64,000 nucleotides of DNA from a virus (Duplodnaviria > Caudoviricetes): positions 1-64,000 of IMG/VR virus record IMGVR_UViG_3300028048_000106; one strand, 5' to 3'. Shown piece after piece: positions 1-9,974 of this stretch; within the stretch, counting starts at the first letter, position 1, and the number at the start of each line of letters is the position of its first letter. The position numbers were made by a program, and so were the translations under genes. Under the pieces are notes generated by a model that saw nothing but the letters and a program-made list of their open reading frames with translations, was not told where the DNA came from and did not search any database.

Positions 1-147
1 AAGAAAGAGCCAAAGATGTGCTTCTGTGGGCACATCCACTCAGGGTCGCACAGCATGGCAGTGCTTGGCAAGACTCATGTGTGGAATGTGTCAAGAGTAG
101 ATGAGTCATATGAGATAGCATATGAGCCAACTGTCATCGATGTCTGA
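1..147 (+). CDS. C-terminal end of calcineurin-like metallophosphoesterase (5'-truncated by window)
   Basis: Frame 1 reads KKEPKMCFCGHIHSGSH...WNVSRVDESYEIAYEPTVIDV-TGA; GHIH motif. Confidence 0.7.
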   Translation, partial: KKEPKMCFCGHIHSGSHSMAVLGKTHVWNVSRVDESYEIAYEPTVIDV

Positions 148-613
148 TGAAGTTAACAGCTCTAAAGGCACATTTGCATCTCAATACTATGATGTGTTGA
201 TGCAAGATTACCGTGAACTGTTGAAGAGTACAGGGATCACGGGCGAGGAACTTGACAAAGTGTACCATTCTGAGTCAAGGCATGAGATGGAAGTCAATGC
301 CGACTTGCAAGGCATTGACTTGGCAAATCCTCATGTCTTGCTGTACTTAGCAAAGCAGACTGCATACCATCATGCATTTTGGCCACATACAGCAAAGAGG
401 TTCTTGGCATTCAAGAGCATACTAAGGTACAACAAGCATGTAAGAGCATCTCTTAAAGACGGACAACTGTTGAGCATGATCAATGTCTATTTTGATGCAC
501 TGGTTGCCTATCATTGTGATGACCCCATATATGACACGCCTGGGCATAGGCAAGAGATGAAGAACTTGAAGCAAGTCATCAACATTGTAGAGAAAGCTAG
601 AGAGACGGCGTGA
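140..613 (+). CDS. hypothetical protein
   Basis: TAG-free ORF; ATG at 140 overlaps the upstream stop. Confidence 0.6.
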   Translation: MSDEVNSSKGTFASQYYDVLMQDYRELLKSTGITGEELDKVYHSESRHEMEVNADLQGIDLANPHVLLYLAKQTAYHHAFWPHTAKRFLAFKSILRYNKHVRASLKDGQLLSMINVYFDALVAYHCDDPIYDTPGHRQEMKNLKQVINIVEKARETA

Positions 614-1242
614 AGCACAAGAAGTGGCCAATCTACATTTGGTTCTTAGACAAAGACTTGCCAAAGTCAGCAGAGTACTTGACAGACAAAGCGATGCTTA
701 GGTCTATTGATGGGTGCATTGGTGCACTTGTGTCAACATACTTCTACATGATAGGCATCAGGACAAAGAAGTTCTATGACTACTTCTTTGCAAAAGAACG
801 TGTTCAAGAGACAATGGACAGGTTTTTCCCAAATTGGCCACTTAGCAAGAAGCCATCATTTGCTGCATACAGTAGAAGAGAGTCAAAGTGGTGCAAGATG
901 TGCTTTGAGAATTGGTCTTATGCGAGAGAGTACTTAGAAGCACTGCTTGACGAGGCTACCTATAGAGATGGCTCAGAGCACGCAAGCGCCAGCTTTCTAC
1001 AGTGGCTTGACCTTGACATGCCGCACATTGACTTGCCAAAGGCCAGAATAGATGAAGTTGTGCTGCCATGGAAAGCAATTGAGCCACGGTTCCGTAGAGT
1101 AGATGTCATTGAAGGCTATCGTCTGCAGTTCATGAGCACATTTGAAGATGGCGATCCTTTCAAAGCATATGGGTCTTGTAGAAGAGACATTCCACAGTTT
1201 GTGGTAGAGCACTTCAACTTAGGCACGGCCATGGAAAGCTGA
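610..1242 (+). CDS. pyrimidine-dimer DNA glycosylase (DenV/Pyr_excise)-related protein, divergent
   Basis: N-terminus IYIWFLDKDLPKSAEYLTDK resembles the phage IFYLDxDPxxxAxxxxDKH family; C-terminal VIEGYR. Confidence 0.45.
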   Translation: MKHKKWPIYIWFLDKDLPKSAEYLTDKAMLRSIDGCIGALVSTYFYMIGIRTKKFYDYFFAKERVQETMDRFFPNWPLSKKPSFAAYSRRESKWCKMCFENWSYAREYLEALLDEATYRDGSEHASASFLQWLDLDMPHIDLPKARIDEVVLPWKAIEPRFRRVDVIEGYRLQFMSTFEDGDPFKAYGSCRRDIPQFVVEHFNLGTAMES

Positions 1243-1374
1243 GTCTCTATGCTTTTTATGTGAAGCCTAAGATTTTTTAGTTAGTGCAGAAACCTACAGA
1301 TTTTACAATCTATCTAGACAGTAGAAGACATCAAAGATGTTCAACATAGAACTATAGAAGTAGAATGCATCAAA

Positions 1375-2142
1375 ATGGTAAATGCAGTAATAAAAGGGAA
1401 CCAAAACACAACAAAGCTCATAAATGAGTTGAAGAAGGCGGCAAAGCAGTATCCAACATTGTCAAAAGAAGATGAAGAAGAGCTAGTGAAGACTTATGGG
1501 CATGACCGTGACAAGCTGAACAACTTGCTGTTCATGCACAACATACGTCTAGTCTTCAACATTGCAAAGAAGTACATGGGAAAGACTGATGACTTTGATG
1601 CAATGGTCCAAGATGGAATGCTTGGGCTTGCCATAGCAGCAAAGAACTTTGACATCTCACGTGGAGTGAAGTTCATAACATATGCAACACCATGGGTCAG
1701 AAAGAAGGTGCTAGAAAGGTTCTACTGCAAAGCAAATGAAGTCATAAAACGATCAGTGTCAATGAACTCGCCAGCAATGCAGTCTAGCTCAAAGATAAAT
1801 GACAGCACAGATGGAGATCTTGAGAACTATGTCAATGACTATCTAGACCCTAGTGTGTCTTCATTGAAGTCTTTCCACCAGCAACTGTCAACTAATGAGC
1901 AGAACAGACTATGCGCTGACTTGTACAATGAACTTCAACATGACAGTAGCTTGACAGATAAAGAGAAGAAGATATTCACTGACTTGTTCTACAATAGAGA
2001 AAGAGCAAAAGATGTGCAGCAGATGTATGGCGTGACATCTAAAGACATATCACAAATAAAAGAGAAGATATTGAAGAGCATGCGCAGCCGTCTTGAGTCT
2101 CAGTTTGGCATACATTCATTTTCAGACATATATGACGCATGA
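1375..2142 (+). CDS. sigma70-family RNA polymerase sigma factor (early/middle)
   Basis: Region 2: NIRLVFNIAKKY, MVQDGMLGLAIAAKNFDISRGVKFITYATPWVR; region 4 HTH; no TAG. Confidence 0.9.
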   Translation: MVNAVIKGNQNTTKLINELKKAAKQYPTLSKEDEEELVKTYGHDRDKLNNLLFMHNIRLVFNIAKKYMGKTDDFDAMVQDGMLGLAIAAKNFDISRGVKFITYATPWVRKKVLERFYCKANEVIKRSVSMNSPAMQSSSKINDSTDGDLENYVNDYLDPSVSSLKSFHQQLSTNEQNRLCADLYNELQHDSSLTDKEKKIFTDLFYNRERAKDVQQMYGVTSKDISQIKEKILKSMRSRLESQFGIHSFSDIYDA

Positions 2143-2948
2143 CACCAGTTATAGTCAAGAAAGCACTTGAGGACATCTGTAGAAAGACAGTAGCCGATGG
2201 ATTCTACATTGGATTCCATTTGGATGATGTTGGATTTCATTTGGATGATGACTGCAATAAGATGACTGCTAGACAGCAGTGTCAGATGATGGCTACTGAA
2301 GTAGAAGCAGAATATGGCAGCATTCTATCTAGTCCAACAAAGACAGTTGACCCACATGGAGAAGCAACGCTACTGTACAAAGTTGATGGCCTGTTTCAAG
2401 CATATCCAATAGTAGATGGAGAAGGGTCTATTAAGTTTTTTGCAAAGACGTGGTCTACTATACAGCCTACTGGAATTGTTGTTGTGTCGCATAAATTGAA
2501 GATGCTGTCATTTGTGTGGGCATGCTTTGACAGAGACAACTGGTCTTCAATGCCTGCACTTTGGATGCCTGGAACCAGGACAACACAGTGGGCAGCATGG
2601 CTTTATACTGCAGGTCCATATGAGCCATTGCCTAAGATTTTAAACAATGCAATATACTCAAAGTACATCTCAATGTTCCACCCTAGACGGTCATTTTCTC
2701 CAATAGCGTATGAGATGTGCATTGACATTGACAGCCATTATAGAAATGCACTGTTCTATGAGAAGATAAGTTCTGAAAATGAGATAAGTGGCTTGATGCA
2801 CTGCATTAAGTCTGCACAGTACATCATGGCTAGTCAACAGAAGAAAATAGATGACTTCAATGGAAGAATAGCTAGCATTGAATCTAGTTTAAAGAAGTAT
2901 GAGGTTGACTTGTATGCTTCTAGAGTAGCTTCTGACATAGAGTCTTGA
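2139..2948 (+). CDS. hypothetical protein
   Basis: 269-aa TAG-free ORF coupled to the sigma gene by ATGA overlap. Confidence 0.6.
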   Translation: MTPVIVKKALEDICRKTVADGFYIGFHLDDVGFHLDDDCNKMTARQQCQMMATEVEAEYGSILSSPTKTVDPHGEATLLYKVDGLFQAYPIVDGEGSIKFFAKTWSTIQPTGIVVVSHKLKMLSFVWACFDRDNWSSMPALWMPGTRTTQWAAWLYTAGPYEPLPKILNNAIYSKYISMFHPRRSFSPIAYEMCIDIDSHYRNALFYEKISSENEISGLMHCIKSAQYIMASQQKKIDDFNGRIASIESSLKKYEVDLYASRVASDIES

Positions 2949-3027
2949 ATTTGTTTTCAAGCTATGCAGCAAACCTAAGGTTTTTGCATTCTAGATGTAT
3001 ATTATTTTCAACAAAAAAGTATATTCT

Positions 3028-4371
3028 ATGGTTTAGAATTCTAGAAACATCATATATTGCGCTGACCGTCAAGGGACAGGCTTATGGAGAAGGATATTCT
3101 AGTCAGACACAGTAAATGCAATTGGCTAGAGCACTAATACATCAATAACAACGACTGACATTCCTATCATTGACTAGAAGTACTATCAAGGAATGACATC
3201 AATAACATGCTAGCGGTGGATAAATGACTAGCAACGAGACATATTCTGCCGATTCTTCAAGCCGATCATGGATGCAAATTCAGGATGGCTCATCTATGAG
3301 ATTGATGACAACATGTCTGACACATGCATACCAAAGTTCAATAGAGGCAGAGCAGCATTTGAAGGTGAGCACACACAGTCAAACATACGCTAGATGTTGA
3401 ACACAGCTGACTTTGTTACAGTCACAACTGACTACATTCGAAACTTCTACCATACACACTATGGAGTCCCACTTGAGAACATTGTTGCTGTCCCAAATCT
3501 GCTGCCAAAGTGGTGGTTTGGTGATAGATATGACCCTGAAGCGAAGTTGAAGCAGTTCAGTGCATGCAAGGCAAAGCCACGCATTGGCATTGTGTCATCA
3601 TTGTCACACTACAACGTAGACAATGTCATGGAAGACAAGAATGGCCTTGCTGCTAGAAAGAAGAAGAAGCCAGATGGGACAGATGTTTGGATAAATGAGA
3701 ATGGCCAAGAAGTTGATGAGGCTTAGTTGAGCAAGATAACTGATGACTTTGATGACATTGCTACATGCGTGAGAGAGACTGTGAAAGACTTCTAGTGGGT
3801 GTTCTTTGGCTACTGCCCTCCGCAAGTGAGAGACCTTGCTGAAAAGAACCTCATTGAAGTCCATGGAGGTGTCCCTCTCTTGAACTATGCATCAACATTC
3901 TACAATCTGAAACTGCAGGCCGTTGTGTCTCCAATAAAGAAGACAGAGTTCAACTTCTGCAAGTCGCACATAAAGACTATGGAGTGCGCAGCTCTAGGTG
4001 TCCCGCTTTTTGCAACAAACTGCCTGCCATATAGTAGAGTCATGGACAGGAACTAGCTGTTTGACACATCAGATGAGCTGAAAGAGAAGCTGCTTAAGCT
4101 GAAGTTTGCATCGTCTGGCGTGTACAAGAGGATAATAGAGAAGCAGTGGGAGTGGTTGAACTCGCCATGCAGCGAAGGAGACTTCTAGCTCAACAACTAT
4201 TGGCTAGAAGACAATGTCCGCAATGTCTGGCTTCCATTGTTCAAGCTACGCCAAAAGGGACTTAAGATATCATTGAAGAACTTCATTTAGCAGTATGAGA
4301 AGCGAAAAGAAGAAGAGAAAAAGAAGCTGCTGTTTGTCTCAAAGTCAGGCAAAGCTAAAGTGACACTGTGA
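3028..4371 (+). CDS. GT-B glycosyltransferase (TAG-recoded)
   Basis: Single frame ATG 3028 to TGA 4371 with only TAG interruptions; ADRQGTGLWRR, LIYEIDD, ADFVTVTT, FNFCKSHIKTMECAALGVP. Confidence 0.85.
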
Positions 4372-4385
4372 TTGGAGACAGCAAA

Positions 4386-5231
4386 ATGGACAAAAGAACA
4401 ATAGCAATACATTGGAACAAGAGCAAAGCTGCAGAGATTGTTGAGAAGACTGTGACAAGCTTCTGCATGAGCAAAGACAACTATGATGTCATTCTGTTCA
4501 AGACATCTAGCATGCCAGGTTGGGTAGAGTAGAGAGTCATCAACTATGGATGCAGGGCAATTGACTTCCCTAGCACGGTAGACACTGCAGCAAAGCAAAA
4601 GAACTTCATTCTGTCTTATTTTGAGCAGAACAGCTTTAGAGGCTTTCTGCACATAGTTGAGGATGTTGTTGTGCTAGACAAAGACCCTTTAGACTACATA
4701 TTGAAGATTGAGAACGCCATGGATGTCTTTGACTACAGCATATTCTTCTCAACGGTGACTGACCCATGCAACTACTTGTTCAAGAAGTTCAATCCACGGT
4801 TGACGCTAGACGTTGATGATGATGCATTGAAGTCAAGATTCAACTTGTCAGACAAGATCTCTTTCACAAGCCACTCTAACACATGCTGGACTATATATGA
4901 CTTCAACAAAAATGCTACTGCCTAGAAGTTTGATGAGCAGTTCAGCATTGGGATGTTCATGATAATTGAGTATCTTGCTAGACGCCGTTCTACAAGACAG
5001 CAAGGGCAGCTGTACTACATGAACTAGTACCTGAGCATCTCTGATGAGGTAGGGACATACCATGCATAGACAATAGATGAAGACCAAATTGACCCAAAGA
5101 AGATGCAAGAAGAAGACCAGGTGTTCAAGGCAATGAAGATTGACTATGCACCAGACAACAACATTGACACTACGCTTGATGACTTCTACTAGAAGATTCA
5201 GTAGAAGATAGAGCAGAAGACAGAGAGATAA
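4386..5231 (+). CDS. putative glycosyltransferase (GT-A-like, TAG-recoded)
   Basis: Continuous frame to TAA 5231 under TAG read-through; QKNFIL...FLHIVED, FDEQF. Confidence 0.6.
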
Positions 5232-5267
5232 TGCTAGACAAGTATTTTCTCTAAAAGGAACATTCAA

Positions 5268-5837
5268 ATGACAACTATCAAATTTGACAAGAAGTTGAAA
5301 TGTGGAAATGACTTTGTTGCTGTTGAAGTGCTAGATGTGCTCAACACAGCTAAAGTAGGGAACATCTATTTGCCAGACTCGTTTGGAGCAAATGCACGTC
5401 TTGCCCACTGCAGAGTGACAGATGTTGGCATAAAGGCAAAAGAGAAGCTTGGCATTGAGGTTGGTGACTATGTCATGATTGACCGTCTGTCAACATTTGC
5501 TTGGACAGCTCCATCTGCTGTGCTCAAGTATGACTCAGTCATTATGAAGACTAATGACAACAAAAGTGAGTATTATCCACTCAAAGACACGGCGTTCATT
5601 GAGCCAGACCAAAAAGAAGATGCAACTGATGTCAATGGCGTGCTTGTTGTCAACTATGACAAGCGGTTGAACCTTGGAACAGTCATCAAGAAGAGCTTTG
5701 ACAAGACAGATGAGTATCCATTTGATGTTGGTGACAAAGTCATGCTTGTCAAGGGCGGTGACATAGTAGACCTTGGAGAGAAGAAGATTTACATCTACAA
5801 GAAAGACATGATAGTCTGCACAGTAGAGGACAATTGA
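5268..5837 (+). CDS. tandem two-domain GroES-like co-chaperonin
   Basis: Two Cpn10-like repeats: NDFVAVE..GNIYLPD..VTDVG..IEVGDYV and PLKDTAFIE..GTVI..FDVGDKV..DMIVC. Confidence 0.75.
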   Translation: MTTIKFDKKLKCGNDFVAVEVLDVLNTAKVGNIYLPDSFGANARLAHCRVTDVGIKAKEKLGIEVGDYVMIDRLSTFAWTAPSAVLKYDSVIMKTNDNKSEYYPLKDTAFIEPDQKEDATDVNGVLVVNYDKRLNLGTVIKKSFDKTDEYPFDVGDKVMLVKGGDIVDLGEKKIYIYKKDMIVCTVEDN

Positions 5838-5838
5838 T

Positions 5839-6438
5839 ATGACACCTGTACTTGATATAGAAGCAAGCTTTAAGATACTAGATAAGTTTTTGTCTTATAG
5901 CGAACAGCTAATTAATGACCTGAACAATAATACAGGCATGTCATCTTATGGAAAAGAAGTCTTGACGCGGCAGTTAAGTGAATGCATAAGTGACTGTAGA
6001 AGAGTTTTTAAGGCTAGTGTTCAAGCTGGAGTGTCTTTAAAAAGCAAGTATAAAGTGCTTGAAAAGAAAATTAGTGAATCACAAGATCTTGAGCAAGAGT
6101 TTAAAGACGTTGCAAAGAAACTCAATTTCCCAATAATTCAAGCGACAACAGAAGGGATTTCAAGCAAGAACCCTAACATTGAAATGCCATTTGAAGACCC
6201 TGTGCCGAAAAAGGATGTTGAGTTCATGCAGAAGTGCTTGAAGAAGACGGATAGCATAGATGTCAATGACGTTGTATTGCCAAAAGATGAGTGCTTGTCT
6301 AAGAAAGAGATTGCAGCATATACAGACATAGACAAAGCTTTTGCTGAAGACAGAAAGACTGCTAAGAAAATAAGTAGTTCTCTAAAGAAAGCAAAAAACA
6401 AGAAAAAATCTGTTGCTAAAAAAGTAAAAATATTATAA
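5839..6438 (+). CDS. hypothetical protein with Lys-rich C-terminus
   Basis: 199-aa TAG-free ORF. Confidence 0.6.
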   Translation: MTPVLDIEASFKILDKFLSYSEQLINDLNNNTGMSSYGKEVLTRQLSECISDCRRVFKASVQAGVSLKSKYKVLEKKISESQDLEQEFKDVAKKLNFPIIQATTEGISSKNPNIEMPFEDPVPKKDVEFMQKCLKKTDSIDVNDVVLPKDECLSKKEIAAYTDIDKAFAEDRKTAKKISSSLKKAKNKKKSVAKKVKIL

Positions 6439-6487
6439 TTGACAAAAAGTCAATAAAACAACATAAACTAAGGAAATAGATAAAACA

Positions 6488-7183
6488 ATGAAAAAACTGA
6501 TTATGGTTGCCACTTTGGCAATGGCTGGTGCTGTTTTTGCAGCATCTGAATATATGGTATATGACTTTGTAATGTCAGCTAAGACTACAAAGGCAAAGGG
6601 TGTGACACAGACAGCATGTGGTGATGACTATGTGTGGCGTGATAAAGGGTCACAGAAGGTCCGCGGTATCATTGCAGGCTGTGGATGTGCTTCAATCTTT
6701 GCAAATGGTTCGTGTGACAATGCACTAGTCCTTCTTTGGAATGAGACAACAAAGCAGCAGATCACAAACTACACATTCTCAACTTGGGTTGTGCAGCGCA
6801 TTGGCAAGAAGGGTGAGAAGGCTGAACATATTGCTAGAATTGAGACTGATGAGTTCGAAGTGACTCTTGCTGGTTTTGGCACCTACAAGAATGACCATGT
6901 CACAGTCAGTGGTGACTTTGCAGGAATGGCAAATGCTCCATACTATGTCACGTTTGGCAGCTGCACTGCATGTGGCTCAACACCAGACACTGAAGACCAG
7001 ACAGTGGCCCTTGCTCCTTGCACAGATGGTGTATGCACAGCTTCTACTACTAGCGATGCCACACCATTCTATGGCTCATACTCTTTGAGGTACAATGCAA
7101 AGAAGTCAGCCAACACATCTAAGAATGGCATCTCATCAAAGTCGCTTGGAACGCCAGCATATGTTGAGATCACACTAGACTAA
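6488..7183 (+). CDS. secreted Cys-rich protein with Sec signal peptide
   Basis: MKKLIMVATLAMAGAVFA signal; AAGGA RBS; about 8 Cys; downstream terminator. Confidence 0.8.
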   Translation: MKKLIMVATLAMAGAVFAASEYMVYDFVMSAKTTKAKGVTQTACGDDYVWRDKGSQKVRGIIAGCGCASIFANGSCDNALVLLWNETTKQQITNYTFSTWVVQRIGKKGEKAEHIARIETDEFEVTLAGFGTYKNDHVTVSGDFAGMANAPYYVTFGSCTACGSTPDTEDQTVALAPCTDGVCTASTTSDATPFYGSYSLRYNAKKSANTSKNGISSKSLGTPAYVEITLD

Positions 7184-7211
7184 CATTGTCCAATATTGAC
7201 TAAGTCAATTG

Positions 7212-7238
7212 AAGCCATAGAGAAGTCTATGGCTTTTT
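7212..7238 (+). terminator. intrinsic terminator
   Basis: AAGCCATAG/CTATGGCTT stem followed by a T tract. Confidence 0.75.
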
Positions 7239-7259
7239 CTATGTTTGTAGACTATATAC

Positions 7260-7529
7260 ATGACAGTTAAACCACAGAATAACAATGTTCTTTGCACACT
7301 AGTGTCAAGCAATGAGAAGCAGACAAGCACTGGCTTTGTCTACAAGTCAAATGACATCTTAGTCTATAGAGTAGAGGCTATTGGCCATAAAGTAGGCATG
7401 CAATTGGCAATAGGAGACAGCATTGTTGCAAACTCTACAGGGACAAAGATTGTAGTTGACAACAAAGACTACTACTTCTTCAAAGAAGAGAACATTGCTG
7501 GAAAAATTGACAATGGCTACTCAGCATAA
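7260..7529 (+). CDS. GroES-like co-chaperonin (single domain)
   Basis: VKPQNNNVL..QTSTGFV..VEAIG..LAIGDSIV..FKEENIAGKI. Confidence 0.75.
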   Translation: MTVKPQNNNVLCTLVSSNEKQTSTGFVYKSNDILVYRVEAIGHKVGMQLAIGDSIVANSTGTKIVVDNKDYYFFKEENIAGKIDNGYSA

Positions 7530-7746
7530 GCACTCTACAGCGTAGAAACGCCATCCACAAGACCAACAATACTGCATAAAGATAGTCAAGCAATGTGAAA
7601 GTGGAGCATGTACTTTGTCAGATGTCATACTAGCATCATCATTAGTAGATGCATTTGCCAAAGCGCAGAGTATTGTCAGTAACTTGAACACAGCGGTAGA
7701 TAGAGACACTGCTTTTGAAATAGAGTCAATATCTCGAAAAAACTAA
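7513..7746 (+). CDS. small hypothetical protein (one TAG)
   Basis: ATG 7513 to TAA 7746 fills the gap under read-through. Confidence 0.5.
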
Positions 7747-7763
7747 AAGCATACATTACATCT

Positions 7764-8294
7764 ATGGATACATTAAGATACACAAAAGTTAGAGAAGTGA
7801 AGAGCCCAGTCCGTGGGACTCCAGTTGCAGCAGGGATTGACTTCTTTGTCCCAACGTCTATTGACAAAGAGACATTTGAGAGCAAATGCAAGACTACTGG
7901 ATGTGGTGTTTTTGCTGAATACAATGAAGATGGAATGCTCACTCGAATTGAGCTTAAGCCTGGCGAGTCAGTCATGATCCCTTCAGGAATCAAGATGAAA
8001 GTCCCTTATGGCCATGCCTTAGTCTTCATGAACAAGTCTGGCATTGGCGCAAAGAAGCAGCTTGCTGTCCTTGCCTGTGTAATTGATGAAGACTACGAAG
8101 GTGAAGTGCACATAAATCTTGTCAACACTGGAAAGAACATCCAACAGATTGCTGCAGGTGACAAGATAGTTCAAGGCTTAGTCATTCCTGTCAACTATGC
8201 AGTGCCAGAAGAAGTTGAAAGTGAAGACACACTGTATAAGAACTCTACTTCTCAGCGAGGTGAAGGAGGGTTTGGGTCTACTGGAAGTCGCTGA
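7764..8294 (+). CDS. dut: dUTP diphosphatase (trimeric)
   Basis: AAGIDF, KSG, VIDEDYEGE, GDKIVQ, RGEGGFGSTG. Confidence 0.95.
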   Translation: MDTLRYTKVREVKSPVRGTPVAAGIDFFVPTSIDKETFESKCKTTGCGVFAEYNEDGMLTRIELKPGESVMIPSGIKMKVPYGHALVFMNKSGIGAKKQLAVLACVIDEDYEGEVHINLVNTGKNIQQIAAGDKIVQGLVIPVNYAVPEEVESEDTLYKNSTSQRGEGGFGSTGSR

Positions 8295-8314
8295 GGCGCA
8301 CAGCTAGTCTTTAT

Positions 8315-8349
8315 AAAATAGTCATGCTAATGCATGACTATTTTTTTTT
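8315..8349 (+). terminator. intrinsic terminator
   Basis: ATAGTCATGC/GCATGACTAT stem plus long T run. Confidence 0.8.
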
Positions 8350-8423
8350 GCCTCTAAGCTGTTTTGGCAAGCTATATGCCTTAGAAAAGTAAATAAAACA
8401 TGAACAACTATGGAGACATACAT

Positions 8424-8921
8424 ATGAAAAAGACAATACTTAACACAGTTTGTGCATTTGCACTAGGTTTAGCCTTCTCTGGCTGCATGACTTCTACTGG
8501 ATTCATCCAAGTTGACAAGCACACTGCAGCATAGAATGGAATAGTTATAACGCACGTTGAAGACAATCCATTCTTTACAACAATTGAGTATGACTACTCA
8601 AGCATTGAGAACTTCACTACAAATGCAATTGAAGTCACATTAGTCCACAATTTTGTGCCAGAAGACCCAATGGGATATTTGACTTACTATTCAGATGACT
8701 ATAATGCTGCAGTGAACAAAGTTGACTACTACAATCCATGGGGAGCTTACATGCACAACATGCAACAATTGACTACTGTTGAAGGCATAAACATAACAAA
8801 GCTTCCTAATAGACCAGCTATAATTTGGAAGAATGAGCCAGGAAAACTAGTCATTGCAAGCTTTGATGACATTGGAACATACTAGATACGCTATAATAGT
8901 AGTCTTTGCTAGTCAAAATAA
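8424..8921 (+). CDS. putative lipoprotein (TAG-recoded)
   Basis: MKKTILNTVCAFALGLAFSG-C lipobox; GGAG RBS; three TAG; GTAAATA at 8389. Confidence 0.7.
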
Positions 8922-9085
8922 GACAAGCAAGTTCACACATATATCATATAGAAGATGGCTTTGCTAGAAAATAAGCCATCTTTTATTTTGTGCTTTTATA
9001 TAAAGCACTTGCTGATGCCAGTCTAAATCTAAAGTCTATCCTATAGAAGCTAGTTTCAAAATAAGAGTTATAGAATAGTTGTGCA

Positions 9086-9874
9086 ATGTGTAGAATACTT
9101 CTAAAGGAAACACTATCTATGACAAAAGAAGCACTAGACTCAATCATCAACAACTCTGAATTCACAGAGTGCATAAATGAGGCTGCTCCACACCGTGTGA
9201 AGATCATCCAAGACATTGGCCCTCAAATGCGTGAAGTCCAAGAAGACTTCTTGCAGACAATGATTGCCGCCAACCATAGAGGCGTGTCAAAGATCATGGA
9301 GCGCCTTAAAGTAGACAAGAAAGATGCAGAAGCTAAAGAAGAGTACTCTAGGTGGAAGAAAGCTACGATGAATCTCTTTAGAGCTACATTGAAGACAATC
9401 CACCCAAATGAGAACCAAGTGCCAAGCATCAGCATGCTGTACACTGCTGGCAGTCTATTGACGTACATTGGCAAAGAAGACCTCATCACTAGTAATGAGA
9501 ACTATGACAAAGACAACCCTCTCAAGTTCAAGAAGTTTGAGGAGATGAACTCTTTCTTTGATGACGAGAATGTCCGTGGAAAGATGCAGCAGATATTCAT
9601 GGATGCTGATGAGATTCAAGGAGAGATGTGCAATGAAGCAGACGCAATCAAAAAAGACATCTACCAAAAGCTTCCAGTCTCTGTGCGGTATGACAAAGAG
9701 CTCAACAAGAAAGGCTTGAAAGAAGGCCATTTCCAAGCTCTTGTCCGCACTAAGGCAATGGGCCTCATCAAAGACAAAGACAAGTACACAAAGTATGTCT
9801 CTTTACAGGTTGAGAACTCAAACAACAACATTGACCGTGAAGAAGTGATTCTTGGCAAGACCGAGCAGATGTAA
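9086..9874 (+). CDS. hypothetical protein (start may be 9119)
   Basis: TAG-free ORF; AAGGA upstream of ATG 9119; terminator at 9886-9914. Confidence 0.7.
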   Translation: MCRILLKETLSMTKEALDSIINNSEFTECINEAAPHRVKIIQDIGPQMREVQEDFLQTMIAANHRGVSKIMERLKVDKKDAEAKEEYSRWKKATMNLFRATLKTIHPNENQVPSISMLYTAGSLLTYIGKEDLITSNENYDKDNPLKFKKFEEMNSFFDDENVRGKMQQIFMDADEIQGEMCNEADAIKKDIYQKLPVSVRYDKELNKKGLKEGHFQALVRTKAMGLIKDKDKYTKYVSLQVENSNNNIDREEVILGKTEQM

Positions 9875-9974
9875 TGCTCTTGAAGACAGCCTAGAGATTC
9901 TTTAGGCTGTTTTTGTCTTGTTTTTCATTGAGTTCATCTCTATCCTCGTATTTTATAGTCAAAGGAAAAGTCAA

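Noticed and set aside
2212-2251. Short tandem duplication GFHLDD x2
   Set aside because: In-frame 21-bp slippage with no evident function
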